A stretch of DNA of 64,000 nucleotides, taken from Octopus sinensis (taxonomy: Eukaryota). The stretch lies in NCBI RefSeq assembly GCF_006345805.1, contig NC_043005.1:34100001-34164000 (forward strand), read 5' to 3'. Position numbers and translations under genes: made by a program. This document shows positions 27,064 to 40,069 of the stretch, in pieces. Under the pieces are notes generated by a model. It was not told the origin of the DNA and ran no database searches. It saw only the letters and a list, made by a program, of their open reading frames with translations. Within the stretch, counting starts at the first letter, position 1; each line of letters starts with the position of its first letter.

Positions 27064-27225
27064 GTATGTCACGTTATGTAGACAAGGTGAACTAACTAAG
27101 AATGTCTGACCTCTCCTCCATTTAGACAGCATTGGTTGAATCAAAATTCTGTCAATGCAGCAGCAGTAGCAGCAGCAGCAACGGTAGTGGTGGTGGTGAT
27201 GGCAATAGCAGCAGCAGCAGCAAGT

Positions 27226-27598
27226 GGAGGCGCAATGGCCCAATGGTTAGGGCAGTGGACTCGTGGCCGGAAGATCGCGGTTTCAATTCCCAGACTGGGC
27301 GTTGTGTGTGTTTATTGAGTGAAAACACTTAAAGCTCCATGAGGCTCTGGCAGGGGGTGGTGGCGACCCCTGTTGTACTCTTTCGCTCCAGCTTTCTCTC
27401 ACTCTTTCTTCCTGTTTCTTGTCCCCAACTTCCTACGCAACCGCTGAGCCTGGATGCACATTCAGCCATCTGTCGATGCTCTTGGTGTCGGTGGTTGACC
27501 TGCTTTCTCTTCTGCGGGTCTTACGAATAGCAAAGGACCACGTTTCGGACTTCTCCCAAGAGGACGAAGACCACTTCGCTCAACAAACAAACAAACAA
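27226..27598 (+). mobile_element. tRNA-head SINE (family C, tail variant 1)
   Basis: Head ggaggcgcaatggcccaatggttagggcag...ggtttcaattccc with A/B boxes; (CAAA)n tail; flanked by agcagcagcagcaa on both sides (TSD-like). Confidence 0.85.
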
Positions 27599-28513
27599 GC
27601 AGCAGCAGCAACAGCAGCAGCAGTAGTAGTAGTAGTAGTTGCCTTTTCAGTAATCTACCACTGAATAGGCTTCAATTACGCCAAAACACCAGAGTCAAAA
27701 CATTGATGTCTCTTCAAGATAGCTGAAAGCGAAGAGCTAGGTTCATGTTCAAGTTTGCGGGAATAACAACAATTGCACACAGCTATATTTTTATTCTCAT
27801 TGTTTTTCTCACCTTTAATAATTTATTGTTGCTGTTGCTGTTGTTGTTGGTGGTTCCCTAATTGTTTGCTTCTCCAAATAAATCGAAGATGTTCATGATA
27901 TCACACTTTGACATTTTCTTTTTTGTTGCCTTCAAAAGGAATACTTTCTTTTCACCATCACTCCTGGCAAAAAAAGCTTTCATCAAGTTATTTGATTGTA
28001 CTCCACCATTGAAAATACAATTTGTGCATACATTTGTGTCCATTGGCTACATTTTCTTTTTTGTTTTTTGACACAATGGACTAAAAGAATAAATGGATAA
28101 AGACTAATTACACTATTTAATTGCAAAGTGAATACGCAAACTGTTTCAAGTCAAATGGAATTTCAGCATTCCTATCTGCTTATACCATGATGTTGAAAGA
28201 AGATCATAGCTTGTATTTAAAAATATCTGGCAAAAAAGAAAAAAATTAAAATAAAGGGCTTTGAAATTCTCTCTAAGTCAGAGTTAAATTGAGACAATTG
28301 GGTGCAGCTGACTGGACATTCAACCAGTTTTGGGGACAGTAATTTCTGGTGGCAAACTAACATACACACACATACACACATACATACATACATACATACA
28401 TGCATGCAGATAGAGATAAGAAGAGAGGGAGAGAGAGAAGTATGACAATTTAATGGCATCAGCACTTTCCCTTCATACTCATAGAGAAATATGCTCACAT
28501 GCATAAACAGAGT

Positions 28514-28590
<77 letters not shown>

Positions 28591-29649
28591 AAAGGAGAGA
28601 AGCATTAAAATGTCTGATGTCAAATAAGTCAGCTGTGAATCAACAGTGCCTAACAGGTGGCACCAAAATTGCTGTACCAAAACACGGCCAACTCTGCCAG
28701 AGTAGTTATTTGTATGGGGTGCTCAAAGGAATCAGTTTGATGAGTCATTAGACCCAACATAAAAAAGCAGATAATTAGTCAGGACTGTCATAATAATATA
28801 AATGTCTTTGATCTTATTCCACAAGGTTAGTTATAATTTAACCAAATCATAATTTCAACCTATTTTGTTAATTTTTTTTGTTAGATTGCACAATATAGGA
28901 AGGAAAAATGACAAAACAATAAAATGAAATGTATCTAATAATTATATTAAATAAATGCCATAAATATAATTTTACTGTTGTTATTTATAGTTAAGCAGAA
29001 ATAAAATTTTAGAAATTCATATTTATTTTTATAAAATGCTGTCACAAGCAACTACAGCATATCAATTTTTCTATTGAAACTGGAAAATGTGCAGTGTCTT
29101 TTTTATTATTGCAGTCAGTGGATGTTTTTGACAGCACAATTCTTTAATTCTTGCAGACATGCTTATTTTTAATGCAATCCAAAAATAAATGCCCATATGT
29201 CATGAACCAGCTTAAGCCGGAATTATGGATTAAATCTTGTCAGTCTATCTTTTAAGATTGAACAATCTTACATTGAACAATGTAAGATGATAATGATTAA
29301 TATGAGTGATAATGATTAATATGAGCGATAATGACTAATGATTAATAATTATTAACAGTAGTAAAAGAACATATGAGACAATCTTCTCTCACCTACACAT
29401 TCAATAATATTTAAAAGTGCTATTTTAAAATTACTTCAATAGAAACAAAAGATTACAGTTAAGGCCACCCATCAGCCATCAGTTAGATGGCCTCCCTGTA
29501 TTTCTACTTCTCTCTGCTCTGTGTTGTATGCATACAATCAACAAGGTTCTTGTTTCCACTCCATTCTCTGATATGTCCACAAATGTCTTTGATGGCCAAA
29601 TGCCAATGTCCATCTGTATACAGCCAAATAGGATGACGTTGTTTTCTAT

Positions 29650-30545
29650 TTCCCAAATGTAGGGCAGTTGTCATCATCATCGTCATCATCATCGTCATCC
29701 TCATCATCATCATTATCGTCGTCGTCATCAACATTTAGCGTCCGTTTTTGTGCTGGCTTGGGTTGGACAGCTTGACAAGAACTGGAAAAACCAGAGGCTG
29801 CACCTGGCTCCATAGTCTGTTTTGGCTTGGTTTTTACAACTGGATATCCCTCCAAGTGCCAAACCAGCACCACCAACACCAGTACCAGCATCAACCACCC
29901 ACCCACCACCACCACCATTACTAAAACTCCCACTGTCCATTCCCACTATTGCCACCTTGCCACCACCACCACCACCACCACCACCACACACCACCACCAC
30001 CACCACCACCACCACCACCACCACTACTACTACTATCACGACAATGACGGACGACAATGATGATGATGACAACAACAATGATGACAATGACGATGACGAC
30101 AACGGCAACGACGATGATGACGACAACGATGACGATGACAATGACAACGACGATGACAACGACGACGACAACGACAACGACGACGACCACCACCACCATT
30201 ACTCTCCTCTAGTCACCATTCTCATTACCGCCACCTTGCTACCACCACTGCTACTGCTGCTGCCTTCCTTTTAACATTCTGGTTTGTTGGTTATATTTTC
30301 TTTCCTCCCCTCTTCCTCATACTCCTTATCAGCTGCTTTACCACCACCACTACCACTGTCACTACCACTACCACTGCCACCACCACTACCTCTGCCACCA
30401 CCATTACCACTGCCACCGCCACTACCACTGCCACCACCACTACCACTACCACCACCACTACCACTGCCATCACCACCACCACAACCATTGCCACAACCAC
30501 TACAACCATCACCAGCAATATTATAATCATCATCAACATCATCAT
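29650..30545. repeat. compound triplet low-complexity tract (CAT/CCA/GAC/CTA)
   Basis: Visible triplet arrays including an 18-bp-period CCA/CTA segment; no splice or coding support. Confidence 0.9.
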
Positions 30546-30929
30546 TTTTGTATTTTACTATTTACTTTGTTTTTCTTGTATATTGTTCTTTCTTCCTGTA
30601 TCACTAAAGTAAAAAAAAAAAATTTTAATTACATTATTTAAACGAGGCAAGTCATACTTCAATGACAAATGAAAGGTATTTTGAATATAGCAATTCTAAA
30701 TCAGATCTTGGTCTAATGTCTCAGGTGTCCACACACAGGCACAGACAGACAGACAGACAGACACACACACACACACACACGCATATATTAGGTGTGATAT
30801 TGATCTACAATCATTTCAACAGAACAGATCTGCCATCTCTACCAAAATGGGATTGCCAGAGACAGTATTGTGCTTAAAGACTGATATTAATTCATCTTAT
30901 TTTATATTACAGTGAAACACTGACGAATT

Positions 30930-31510
30930 ATGAAAGAATGGAAGGAAGGAAAGAGGGGTGGAAGGATGGAAGGAAGAAAGGAAGGAAGAAAGGAAGGAAA
31001 GAAGGAAGGATGGCGGGTTGGATGGAATTGGTGAAAGACAAAGAGAGAGAGTAAATCAAAGGGGAGAAGATGAGTGGGAAATGAGAGTGAGAGAGAGTGT
31101 GAGAGATGGGATAGAGAGAGAAGGGATGTAGAGAGAGGGGATTATAGAAGAGGAAAAGAGTGAGAGAGATGGACTTGGAAATGAGAAAGATGGGTAAAAA
31201 AGGAGTGAGAGGGTAGAGAGTGTGAGATAGAAGGTTGAGGGAGAGAGAGAAGGGGTAAGGGATAGAGAAAGAGAGAGAGTGAGAAAGAGAGAGAGAGAGC
31301 AAGGGAGAGAAAGACAGAATGTGCAGGAGAGGAGAGAGGGAATATCGAAGAAAAAAGAAAGAGAGGAATACAGAAATGAAGGGAGAGAGGAGAGAGAGGG
31401 AAAAAGAAATAGTGTGTAAAGTAATGAAAGTGTGTCAGGTAGAGATCAAAAAAGGATAAGAAAGGAAAAAAGACAGAAAGAAAATAGACAAATGAATATT
31501 GAAAGAGAGA
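30930..31510. repeat. polypurine (GA/GGAA-rich) tract
   Basis: Strong purine bias on + strand over about 580 bp. Confidence 0.9.
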
Positions 31511-31630
31511 ATTAGAAATTATATATGTGTTTGTGTGTGTGTGTGTAATATATGTGTATACATATATGTATGAATATCTGTGTGTGTGTGTATACATATA
31601 TATATATATACATAACTTACATATATATAT

Positions 31631-31713
<83 letters not shown>

Positions 31714-31879
31714 GTATAAATATATGTAAATATGTAATGAGAGAGAGAGAGAGAGGAAAGGGAAAAGAGAAACAGAGAAAGCTTAAAACAATTTCTAAAG
31801 AATAATCTAAAAAGAGGAAAAAAAAACAATGAAACAAACATGCAGGAGAGCCAGTAAAATTAAGCAAACATAGAAAAAT

Positions 31880-31915
<36 letters not shown>

Positions 31916-32489
31916 AGTTACTATATATAAGTGGACTGACAAAAATCTTGAACATTAGAGAACTTAACAATCTGTTCTTGTGTTGATTGGGTAAATATTG
32001 GAATAAAAATTGTGGAAGGGTGGGAAGTAGAAATGTCGAAGAGATAAAGAAGAAGAAAATAATGAAAAGATAGTGAAAGAACCTTCTAGAACTATAGTTA
32101 CAGAATACTGCCTTTAGAAATTACTCTTTTATCACCATGATCTTTCCATCCCAGAAGACTTTTCTGGAAAGTCCTTATTTTAAGTCTATCCCCAAAATCC
32201 CATAGCAAAACAGTATTTCCTTATCTATTTCTTTAGAACTAGGAAATGTTTCAACTCTAAGCTGCTTTGGGCTATTTACAAGGTCTTAATGCATAACATT
32301 ATGGTTCACATTAGCATCTCAGATGAACACCACTACTGCTCCACTGTACAAAACAACATCATCCAGTTGACTTGAAAATTCCTCTTTACTGGAAATCTGA
32401 AAGGATCATTACCACTGTAATACTTTTGTCATCCTGAAATTGCTACCACTACCTTTAACAGAATTTTGGGGAGAACTGCATGACGGCAT

Positions 32490-32518
32490 TGGTGATGATA
32501 GTATGAGTGATGATGATG

Positions 32519-32550
<32 letters not shown>

Positions 32551-32960
32551 CATCATCATTATAATCATGGTGAAGATGGTGGTGATGGTATGATAATGAT
32601 AATGAGGATAGTACAAGTGATGATGATGATGATGATGATGGTAACAATGGTGGTGGTGGTGGTGGTGGTGGTAGCGGTGTTGGTGATGATAATAATGATG
32701 GCAATGTTGTTGATGATGATGATGATGGTGATGATGGTGGTAGTGTTGTTGTTGGTGATAATAATGATGGCAATGTTGTTGATGATGGTAAATTTGGTGG
32801 TGGTGGTGGTGGTGGTATTGGTGTTGGTGATAATAATGATGGCAATGTTGATGATGATGATGATGATGACAGTGATGAGGACAATGATGATGAGCACCAC
32901 CATCATCATGACTCTCCTTTCCCCTCCCTCTTCCCTGTTATCCTCATCATCATCATTAGC
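32490..32960. repeat. compound triplet tract (GAT/GGT) with a higher-order unit
   Basis: gttggtgat(gat)aataatgatggcaatgttg occurs three times within GAT/GGT arrays. Confidence 0.9.
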
Positions 32961-33496
32961 AATAACAATGGCAAAGCAGCTTTTAACTATAACATACTAC
33001 TCACTCCCAGACAAACAAACATGTATACAAACCTAAAAACAACAATATCATTAGTATCACACAGGCTGAAAAAACTGTATTCAGAAACAGACTAGTAAGG
33101 ATAAATGGAGTGAGACATTAAGCGTAGTCCTCTCATCAAGTTTCTTTTGCCACTCTCACTATAGCTGCTACCAGACTAGACATAGGTAAAGCCACTAATG
33201 TATATATGAGCAAAATGGTGAGTTTTAATAAATCCTTATGGCAATGTGAATGAGGAATAAAATGAAAAGCAAAATTGCGTTAATAATAAGTAATACACAA
33301 AGTCTGTTTTATTGCTAAATCACATAGCAAAACTCACTGTTTTGCTATAACATTGTGATGCTTCAAATGAATTATCACCATTATTTAACATCCATGTTTC
33401 ATGGTACTTAATTTATCGACCCTGGAAAGATGAAAGGCAAAGTTAACCTTGACAGAATTTAAACTCAGAATGTAGTGGCAGACAAAATACCACCAC

Positions 33497-33499
33497 CAC

Positions 33500-33553
<54 letters not shown>

Positions 33554-34370
33554 TAAAAATAATAATAATAATAATTAATTCATTTTATTGGCCACAATGG
33601 CTGACAAATATGATTGGAAAACATAAAGGGACAAAACAGGACGAAAGGTTACAAAAGGTTTTGTCCATTTGTGAAAAAAAACGAGTAAAAAGCAGTATAA
33701 CAATGAAAATATAACAACATAAAACTCCCAATAGAGGAGATGCTTCGAAAAAAAGAAAAGGTTTCACGTGGAAAAACCCATAAAAGCCACGGGAGCCTGG
33801 TCAAAAGGTGGGTAAAGAGCCCCTTTCTCCTTTTATAATACCTTTTTCAATTACAGGCGAAACCTCAGAATTGGTCCATTTATACTGGCCATTCTTGCAC
33901 AATTCACCCACCTTTCAGAAAACTTGCTATCAGACAGCACTCTCCTCTCTAACCTCATCTTCCTTTTCAAGTGAAACTTGAAAAAGTTGATGAGGCCTTG
34001 ACCAAAGAGGAAAGTGTCTGACTTTAGACCTTTCAAATGGGTCCACCATACAACCTCTTTCACCACAGCCACTAGGCACAGGAAAACTGACTTGCTCTTC
34101 TTGTTAAAGGAGGTCGGCGTGGCAATCCTCACTATGGATTCAGCTGATAGCCGGATCCATCCTATATGTGACAGTAGCTGTTCGACATAAACCCATAGTT
34201 CAGTAATACTCGGGCACTGGACGAGTGCGTGCAGAGCGGTTTCGTCGTCCTGGCAACACCTCGGGTAGGCCCGGCTGACGGCACTTACATGCCGGTAGAG
34301 TTTATCTCGAACAGGCAGAGCTCCTCGGTAGCACTGCCAGGTAAGGGACCTTTGGAAATTATCAATTGGC
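33497..34370 (-). mobile_element. 5'-truncated L1/Tx1-like LINE with intact 3' end
   Basis: Minus strand encodes a C-terminal RT-associated zinc-binding region, then ...KEVVWWTHLKG...RLERRVL...ERWVNCARM..., a 3' UTR, AATAAA and an (ATT)n tail; CpG-rich relative to flanks. Confidence 0.7.
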
Positions 34371-34649
34371 CCTGGCGTGAAAGTTCTTCCAAACAGACTG
34401 CTCAGTTTGTTAATGACAACAATAGTTTCAAATTATGGCACAAGGCTAGCAATTTTTGGGGGGTGAGGGTTAAGTTGATTACATTGATCTCAGCGCTCAA
34501 CTGGTACTTATTTTATCGACTCTGTAAGGATGAAAGGTTAAGTCAGTCCAGGCAGTATTTGAAACCAGAACCTAGAGAGGGAGGAAATGTTGCTAAACAT
34601 TTTTCCCTGTGTGCAAATGATTCTACCTTAACAACAACAACAATGATAA

Positions 34650-35660
34650 TGAAAGAGTGGAAAACTAAATTGTATTCAAGTAATGAATTCCTTGCAGAAG
34701 TTAATATAAGAAGGGGTATCTTCCAAGGTGACTCGTTTTCTCTGTTACTATTTGTAATTGCACTAATACCCTAACAATGACACTTAGGAAAGTTAAGATG
34801 GGTTACTGATGTAGGAATAAAGGCCCATCATTGAACCATCTTCTGTTTATGGATGACCTGAAATTGTTTGGGAAGTCTGAAAAAAATTCCTTAACCAAAA
34901 CAGTCCAGAAGTGTGCTAGGGGAATCAGTATGGAATTTGGGATTACCAAATGCTCAGTACTTAATATGAAAAGAGGGAAGAAAGCATCCTGCAGAGGACT
35001 GCGGTTACCATCAGGAGAGACAATGGGTGGATCTGGCAGTAGTGGACAAAGATATTTAGGGATTTTTGGATCTGGATGACATTCTACACAAAGAAATGAA
35101 AGTCAAGATCAGTGAGGCGTATCAAAAAAGGGTGAAGATGGTGTTGAAATCCAACCTGAATGCCAAAAATTTGATTACCGCAACAAATATCTGGGCAGTT
35201 GCGGTGGGCAGATATAGTGTGTCCATCCTCAAATGGACTAAGGAGGAAATATCAACACTGGATAGAAGGACGAGAAAGCTGATGATACTGCATGCGGTGT
35301 TACACCCTAAAGCAAATGTAAACAGACAGTATATGAAAAGAAAAGAATGGTGGTAGAGGACTAATTAGTATAGATCATTGTATAAGGAGTGAAAGGAGAA
35401 TGATTGCGGAGTATTTGATAAATAGTGATGAAGACCTGCTGCAATATGCCATGAAAGATATGGGTGTAAATGCAAATGAAATGATGGGCAAGGAAAAGTT
35501 TAACCAGATAAGTGAAAAAAAGACCTTGAAATGAGAATGCACAGACAGTTTGAAGCTTACCACCAAAAGCCTGATCATTGCTGCACAAGACCAGGCTTTC
35601 ACTACCAATTGAATGAAGTATAACATCAATAAAATTTCTGACACCCAGAAATGCAAAAGA
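34650..35660 (+). mobile_element. R4/Dong-like (RLE-type) non-LTR retrotransposon RT fragment
   Basis: RRGIFQGDSFSLLLFVIALIP, NHLLFMDDLKLFGKSE, FGITKCSVLNMKRGK, YLG, RRTRKLM..H..LHPKA and SLIIAAQDQA motifs in order; frameshifted. Confidence 0.8.
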
Positions 35661-37501
35661 CCAGCAGTTTTTAGAAGGGGAATAATTGATTATAATGACC
35701 TCATTGCTTGACCGGTACTTGTTTCATAGCCTCTGAAAACAGGAAAGGAAAAGCTGACCTTGGTGAAATATGAACTCAGAAAGTACTGATGTTCTAAAGG
35801 TTCTGTCAGCTCACCAAATTGTTTCCAAATTTCATTCGAACATTTTCCCACTCAATAAACAAAATGTTAAGAATGATAACTACAGTAATGTACTTTCAGT
35901 TAAGATACTAATTAAAGTATTCAAAATGACTACAGTAACATACTCTTAATTGACACTAATAATTTAAATATTCACAACATTAAAACTAAAGGGATGCAAA
36001 GTCTCATATATTTCTTACAAGTATAAGTGTTACATAGTATCATTTTACTTTCATATGACTAAGTTTGATATCAATATGAGAAATGCCAAAGTATGATCTC
36101 AGAGTGAGATACTGACAGAAGGTGGCATGCTGGTCAAAATTCTTAGCAGCATTTCTGTTGGCTCTCGACATTCTGAAATCAAATCCCATGGAGGTTAACT
36201 TTGCCTTTCATCTTTTTGGAGTTCATTGAACTTACTCACCAACCACTGCTGTTCCATTGTTCCTATTACCCTCATATCTACCCCCTTGTATCTTTAAGGG
36301 GTACCTTCAAGATACAAAAGGGTGATTATGAACAAAACAAGCACTTTCTTCAATAACATGCAAATATATTATTTTGCCAAAACCAATTTCCCCAATCTAG
36401 AAGTACAAAGAATAATAATAATAATGAAAATTATTGAGATAATTTTAGAAAAGTAGGTCATATGACATCCTGTCACCACCACTTTTTCTCTGTCTTTCCA
36501 ACTGGGGTATCCGTTGTATCTCCTCTACAGCAAGAGGTCTGCTCCTATCCCTCTATCACCCTCTTATATTCTTGCATAACAACACCTGACATAATGCCAC
36601 ATTCCTTGATACCATGCCCCCCCCCCACACACACTCTGTTGTGACATCTTTTCTTTGTCTTTCAAATTATTTGGCAACCTCATTAATGCCAATGCTGTTG
36701 AAAAAAAGCACCCAATATACCCTGTAAAGTGGTTGGCATTAGGAAAATATCCGGCCATAGAAACCATGCCAAGGCAGACATGGGAGTGTGACAAGTTCGT
36801 CTGACAAGTTGAATTCTGTCTAAGTGTCCAATCCATACCAGCATGGAACATAGATATTAAATGATGATGATGATGTTGATGATAATGATGAATCAAGTCA
36901 CTGTAATTGACTAAACCACCTCCCCTTAAAAATGCTAGCCCTGTGCTATAATTTGGAACAAAAGAAATATGAGATATTAATATCAATACATCCATGTATG
37001 ACTTTAATATTGAAGCACATAGATCCTATGTGCTTCCATATAGATAAGATAGGAGGGGGAGTATTGATCACATGACCTTCAAATCAAACTTTGTTACACT
37101 GCATTACTGTAGTCTGGTGGATCAACCTGTAGGAAACAGCAATCAAATTCTCTCAAATCAGCCTATGTCATCTAAGAAAAGTGAAGTCACAATAGACAAG
37201 GTTATCTTATATATGCAAAAGCATAGATCTGTTTGACTACGAATTAAAACAATTATATGAACTCAATTGATTCATTAGATCCTGTCAAAATGTCCAACCC
37301 AAGCCAGCATGGAACAGGGACATTAAATGTTGATGTTGTCACTGCTGTGGTTGCTGCTGCTACTGCTGCTGTTGAGCTTTATTGACTGGTTAGCAATAGG
37401 AAGTCTAGCTGTAAAAACAACAAAAAAAAAACACCTTCTTCAATGATATGCATATATATTATTTTGCCAAAACCAATTTTCTCAATCTAGAAATACAGAC
37501 A

Positions 37502-37555
<54 letters not shown>

Positions 37556-38319
37556 TAATAATAATAATAATGATGATGATGATGATGATGATGAAAATTG
37601 ATGCAGTAAATTTGAATGCAATGCATTAATTCCTTGGTCAATAAACTAAATTAGATAACTAAATAGTGGTCAAGAGTGTTTATAGATACAAGCTTGAATT
37701 TAGCTTTGTCCTGGATGATACAGCAATGATTTCTAAGAAAGGACACAAAACCATAAGTTTGTTGAGGTGGGGGGTATTGTTGATTAGCTTTATTCTTATT
37801 GGGAAATAGCTCTGATATGGAGATGGTGTAAGTTTGTGGTGTGTGTCTGGGTTGTATGTGGAGGGTGTAGAGCAGGAAGGGGCCAAATATTTCAAGGAGT
37901 GAGTCACTTGAGATATGGCCCATCATCAGGTGGGATGCATTACAAAAAAAAATTCAAGGTAATTTTCTGTTCAGCATGCCATTTAGAAAGTCCCACATTT
38001 CATAGTTTTCCAATGATTGGTGTAGTGTGTTATTATGTGTACATGAATGAGAGTTGTTGGAGGTGACAGAAAGTGGAGGTGATTAATATGGAAGCATGTG
38101 ATGAACATAACCAAACCTTATGGTACACCTGTATTTATAGAATGTGAATAGATGAAAAGAAGCCTCCATAATTGCAGTGATGGTGCAGTCTGAAAGGAAG
38201 CTTAATCTTTCAGCATTTAAACCAGCCATATCAGGCCCAAATATTATACCAATTTTATGTACAAGCTGGCTGTATTCAGTCTCTCACACCTACCCTACGA
38301 CTTAGCTTCTGGCTTCATA

Positions 38320-38560
38320 CTTTTGCTTGAAGGAACTGGGGTCATTCCAAGTTAGTGGTCCCAGAGGTGTCATCATGCATAGAGCTGACCAGGTCCACCA
38401 GTCCTCTCCATCACTGGTGGTTTCTTGCCAGCTCCTCTGCATCCTCCAAGGCAATGTCAAGCCTCTGGAGATCTTCCCCAATCATATCGAGCCATCTGGT
38501 GTAGAGTCTGCCATGAGGCCTCTTCCAGCTCATAGTTGCTGCATTGAATGAGAGTAAAGG
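38320..38560 (-). mobile_element. LINE 3' ORF-end relic
   Basis: Minus strand reads WKRPHGRLYTRWLDMIGEDLQRLDIALEDAEELARNHQ*WRGLV (R.GRP..RW.D....A..R..WR pattern). Confidence 0.7.
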
Positions 38561-39257
38561 ATGATCAAGCAGGAGATAGAGGACATGTCATACTAAAAAT
38601 ATACATGCACATCATCAAAATCTCAACAAAAAAAGATAATGCATGAATAATTCAAAATATTGTGAATAAATAAGCATTATATTAGACAGAATAGGTATTA
38701 GAGAAGGTGACTGAAAATAACTGTATCCATCACCTTACAAGTCAACTGAAACACTGATGGGCTCAAATAAAAAAGTACCCTGTGTAGTATTTGTTCAACC
38801 CAAGTTTCACAGATAATCCCTTATTACTCATGTTTTGTGGAAACCTATAGCTAATGATACAATTGTTTCGAAATGCAACATAAAATAAAAGAAATGTATA
38901 AATTTTCTGCTCTTGAATGTTTAAATTATGGTGAGTTGCCATCATAACCTCAGTATGAACAGACAACCATTAATGTATGTTTGGTAATGTAGCTTCATCT
39001 GCCATCTTATCATTCCTGTTATCGTGATTGTGCAGTCTTCAGCCAGACAAAAAACTGAAAAATCAAGACGAAAGCTATCTTTGAAATAAAAAATGAGTAA
39101 ACAAAGGAAAGAAATTGCATCATAATTGTATGGAATCAATGTTGTTGCCAGTTTTATGTGTAATATTGACTGAGTAACAACTATATATATATAGGTATTG
39201 GTGTGAATATATTTAGGCACTGTGGTGTAGATTTATGTGTGTGTGTGTGTGTGTATG

Positions 39258-39291
<34 letters not shown>

Positions 39292-39322
39292 ATATATATA
39301 TGTACACACTCATAAATACATG

Positions 39323-39357
<35 letters not shown>

Positions 39358-39469
39358 AAACACACACACACATATATATATATGTATGTATGTATGTTTG
39401 TATGAATGTGTACATGCATGTAGTATATGTGTGTACATGCATGTGATATATATATATATAAGAGAAAGA

Positions 39470-39925
39470 GAGTCTGCTGAATGCCGACCCAACAGAAGGA
39501 CCAGCTATTGGAATTGACAGTACCTTGATAGATAAAGCAATTAAGGGTATGAAGACAGAGAAAGCCCCTGGCCCATCAGGAATCATTACAGATATGCTCA
39601 AAATATCTGGCAGTGTTGGCTATAGCCTAGTCACCCATATAGTCAACCAGGTGATACATGAAAGAGTCATACCCAATGTCTGGTGTAGCAGCACCATAGT
39701 CAACTGCTACAAAGGTAAAGGTGATGCTTTAGATACAAATATTTACAAACGTATCAAATTGTTGGATCAAGTAATGAAGGTCATGGAGAGGGTCATAGCC
39801 CAACTAATTAGGGATAGAGTCAGTCATTAGATGAGATACAGTTTGGGTTCGTGCCAGGGAAAAGCACCACTGATGCTATATTTCTGGTAAGACAGCTGCA
39901 GGAGAAATACCTGGCCACTAATATA
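39470..39925 (+). mobile_element. RTE LINE reverse transcriptase fragment (domains 0-3)
   Basis: KAIKGMKTEKAPGPSGI...WCSSTIVNCYKGKGDALD..YKRIKLLDQVMKVMERV...QFGFVPGKSTTDAIFLVRQLQEKYLA. Confidence 0.92.
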
Positions 39926-40069
39926 TTTGTAAATATATGCACGGAGATCAGAATATAAATGGGATGGTTGGGTAAAGGAAGAGAGAGATATAGACGGTGG
40001 CAAGTCCAGGTCATACTCTTGAGGTTCAAAGGTCATAATACAGTCCTGAGTTCAAATTCCACTCAGAAC

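Noticed and set aside
30284-30526. (PPPLPL)n ORF resembling a formin FH1 or extensin domain
   Set aside because: By-product of a CCA/CTA triplet tract; no splice sites or flanking domain sequence.
37880-37935. Minus-strand CTGATGA...GAAA spacing compatible with an HHR
   Set aside because: Helix I and helix II do not pair.
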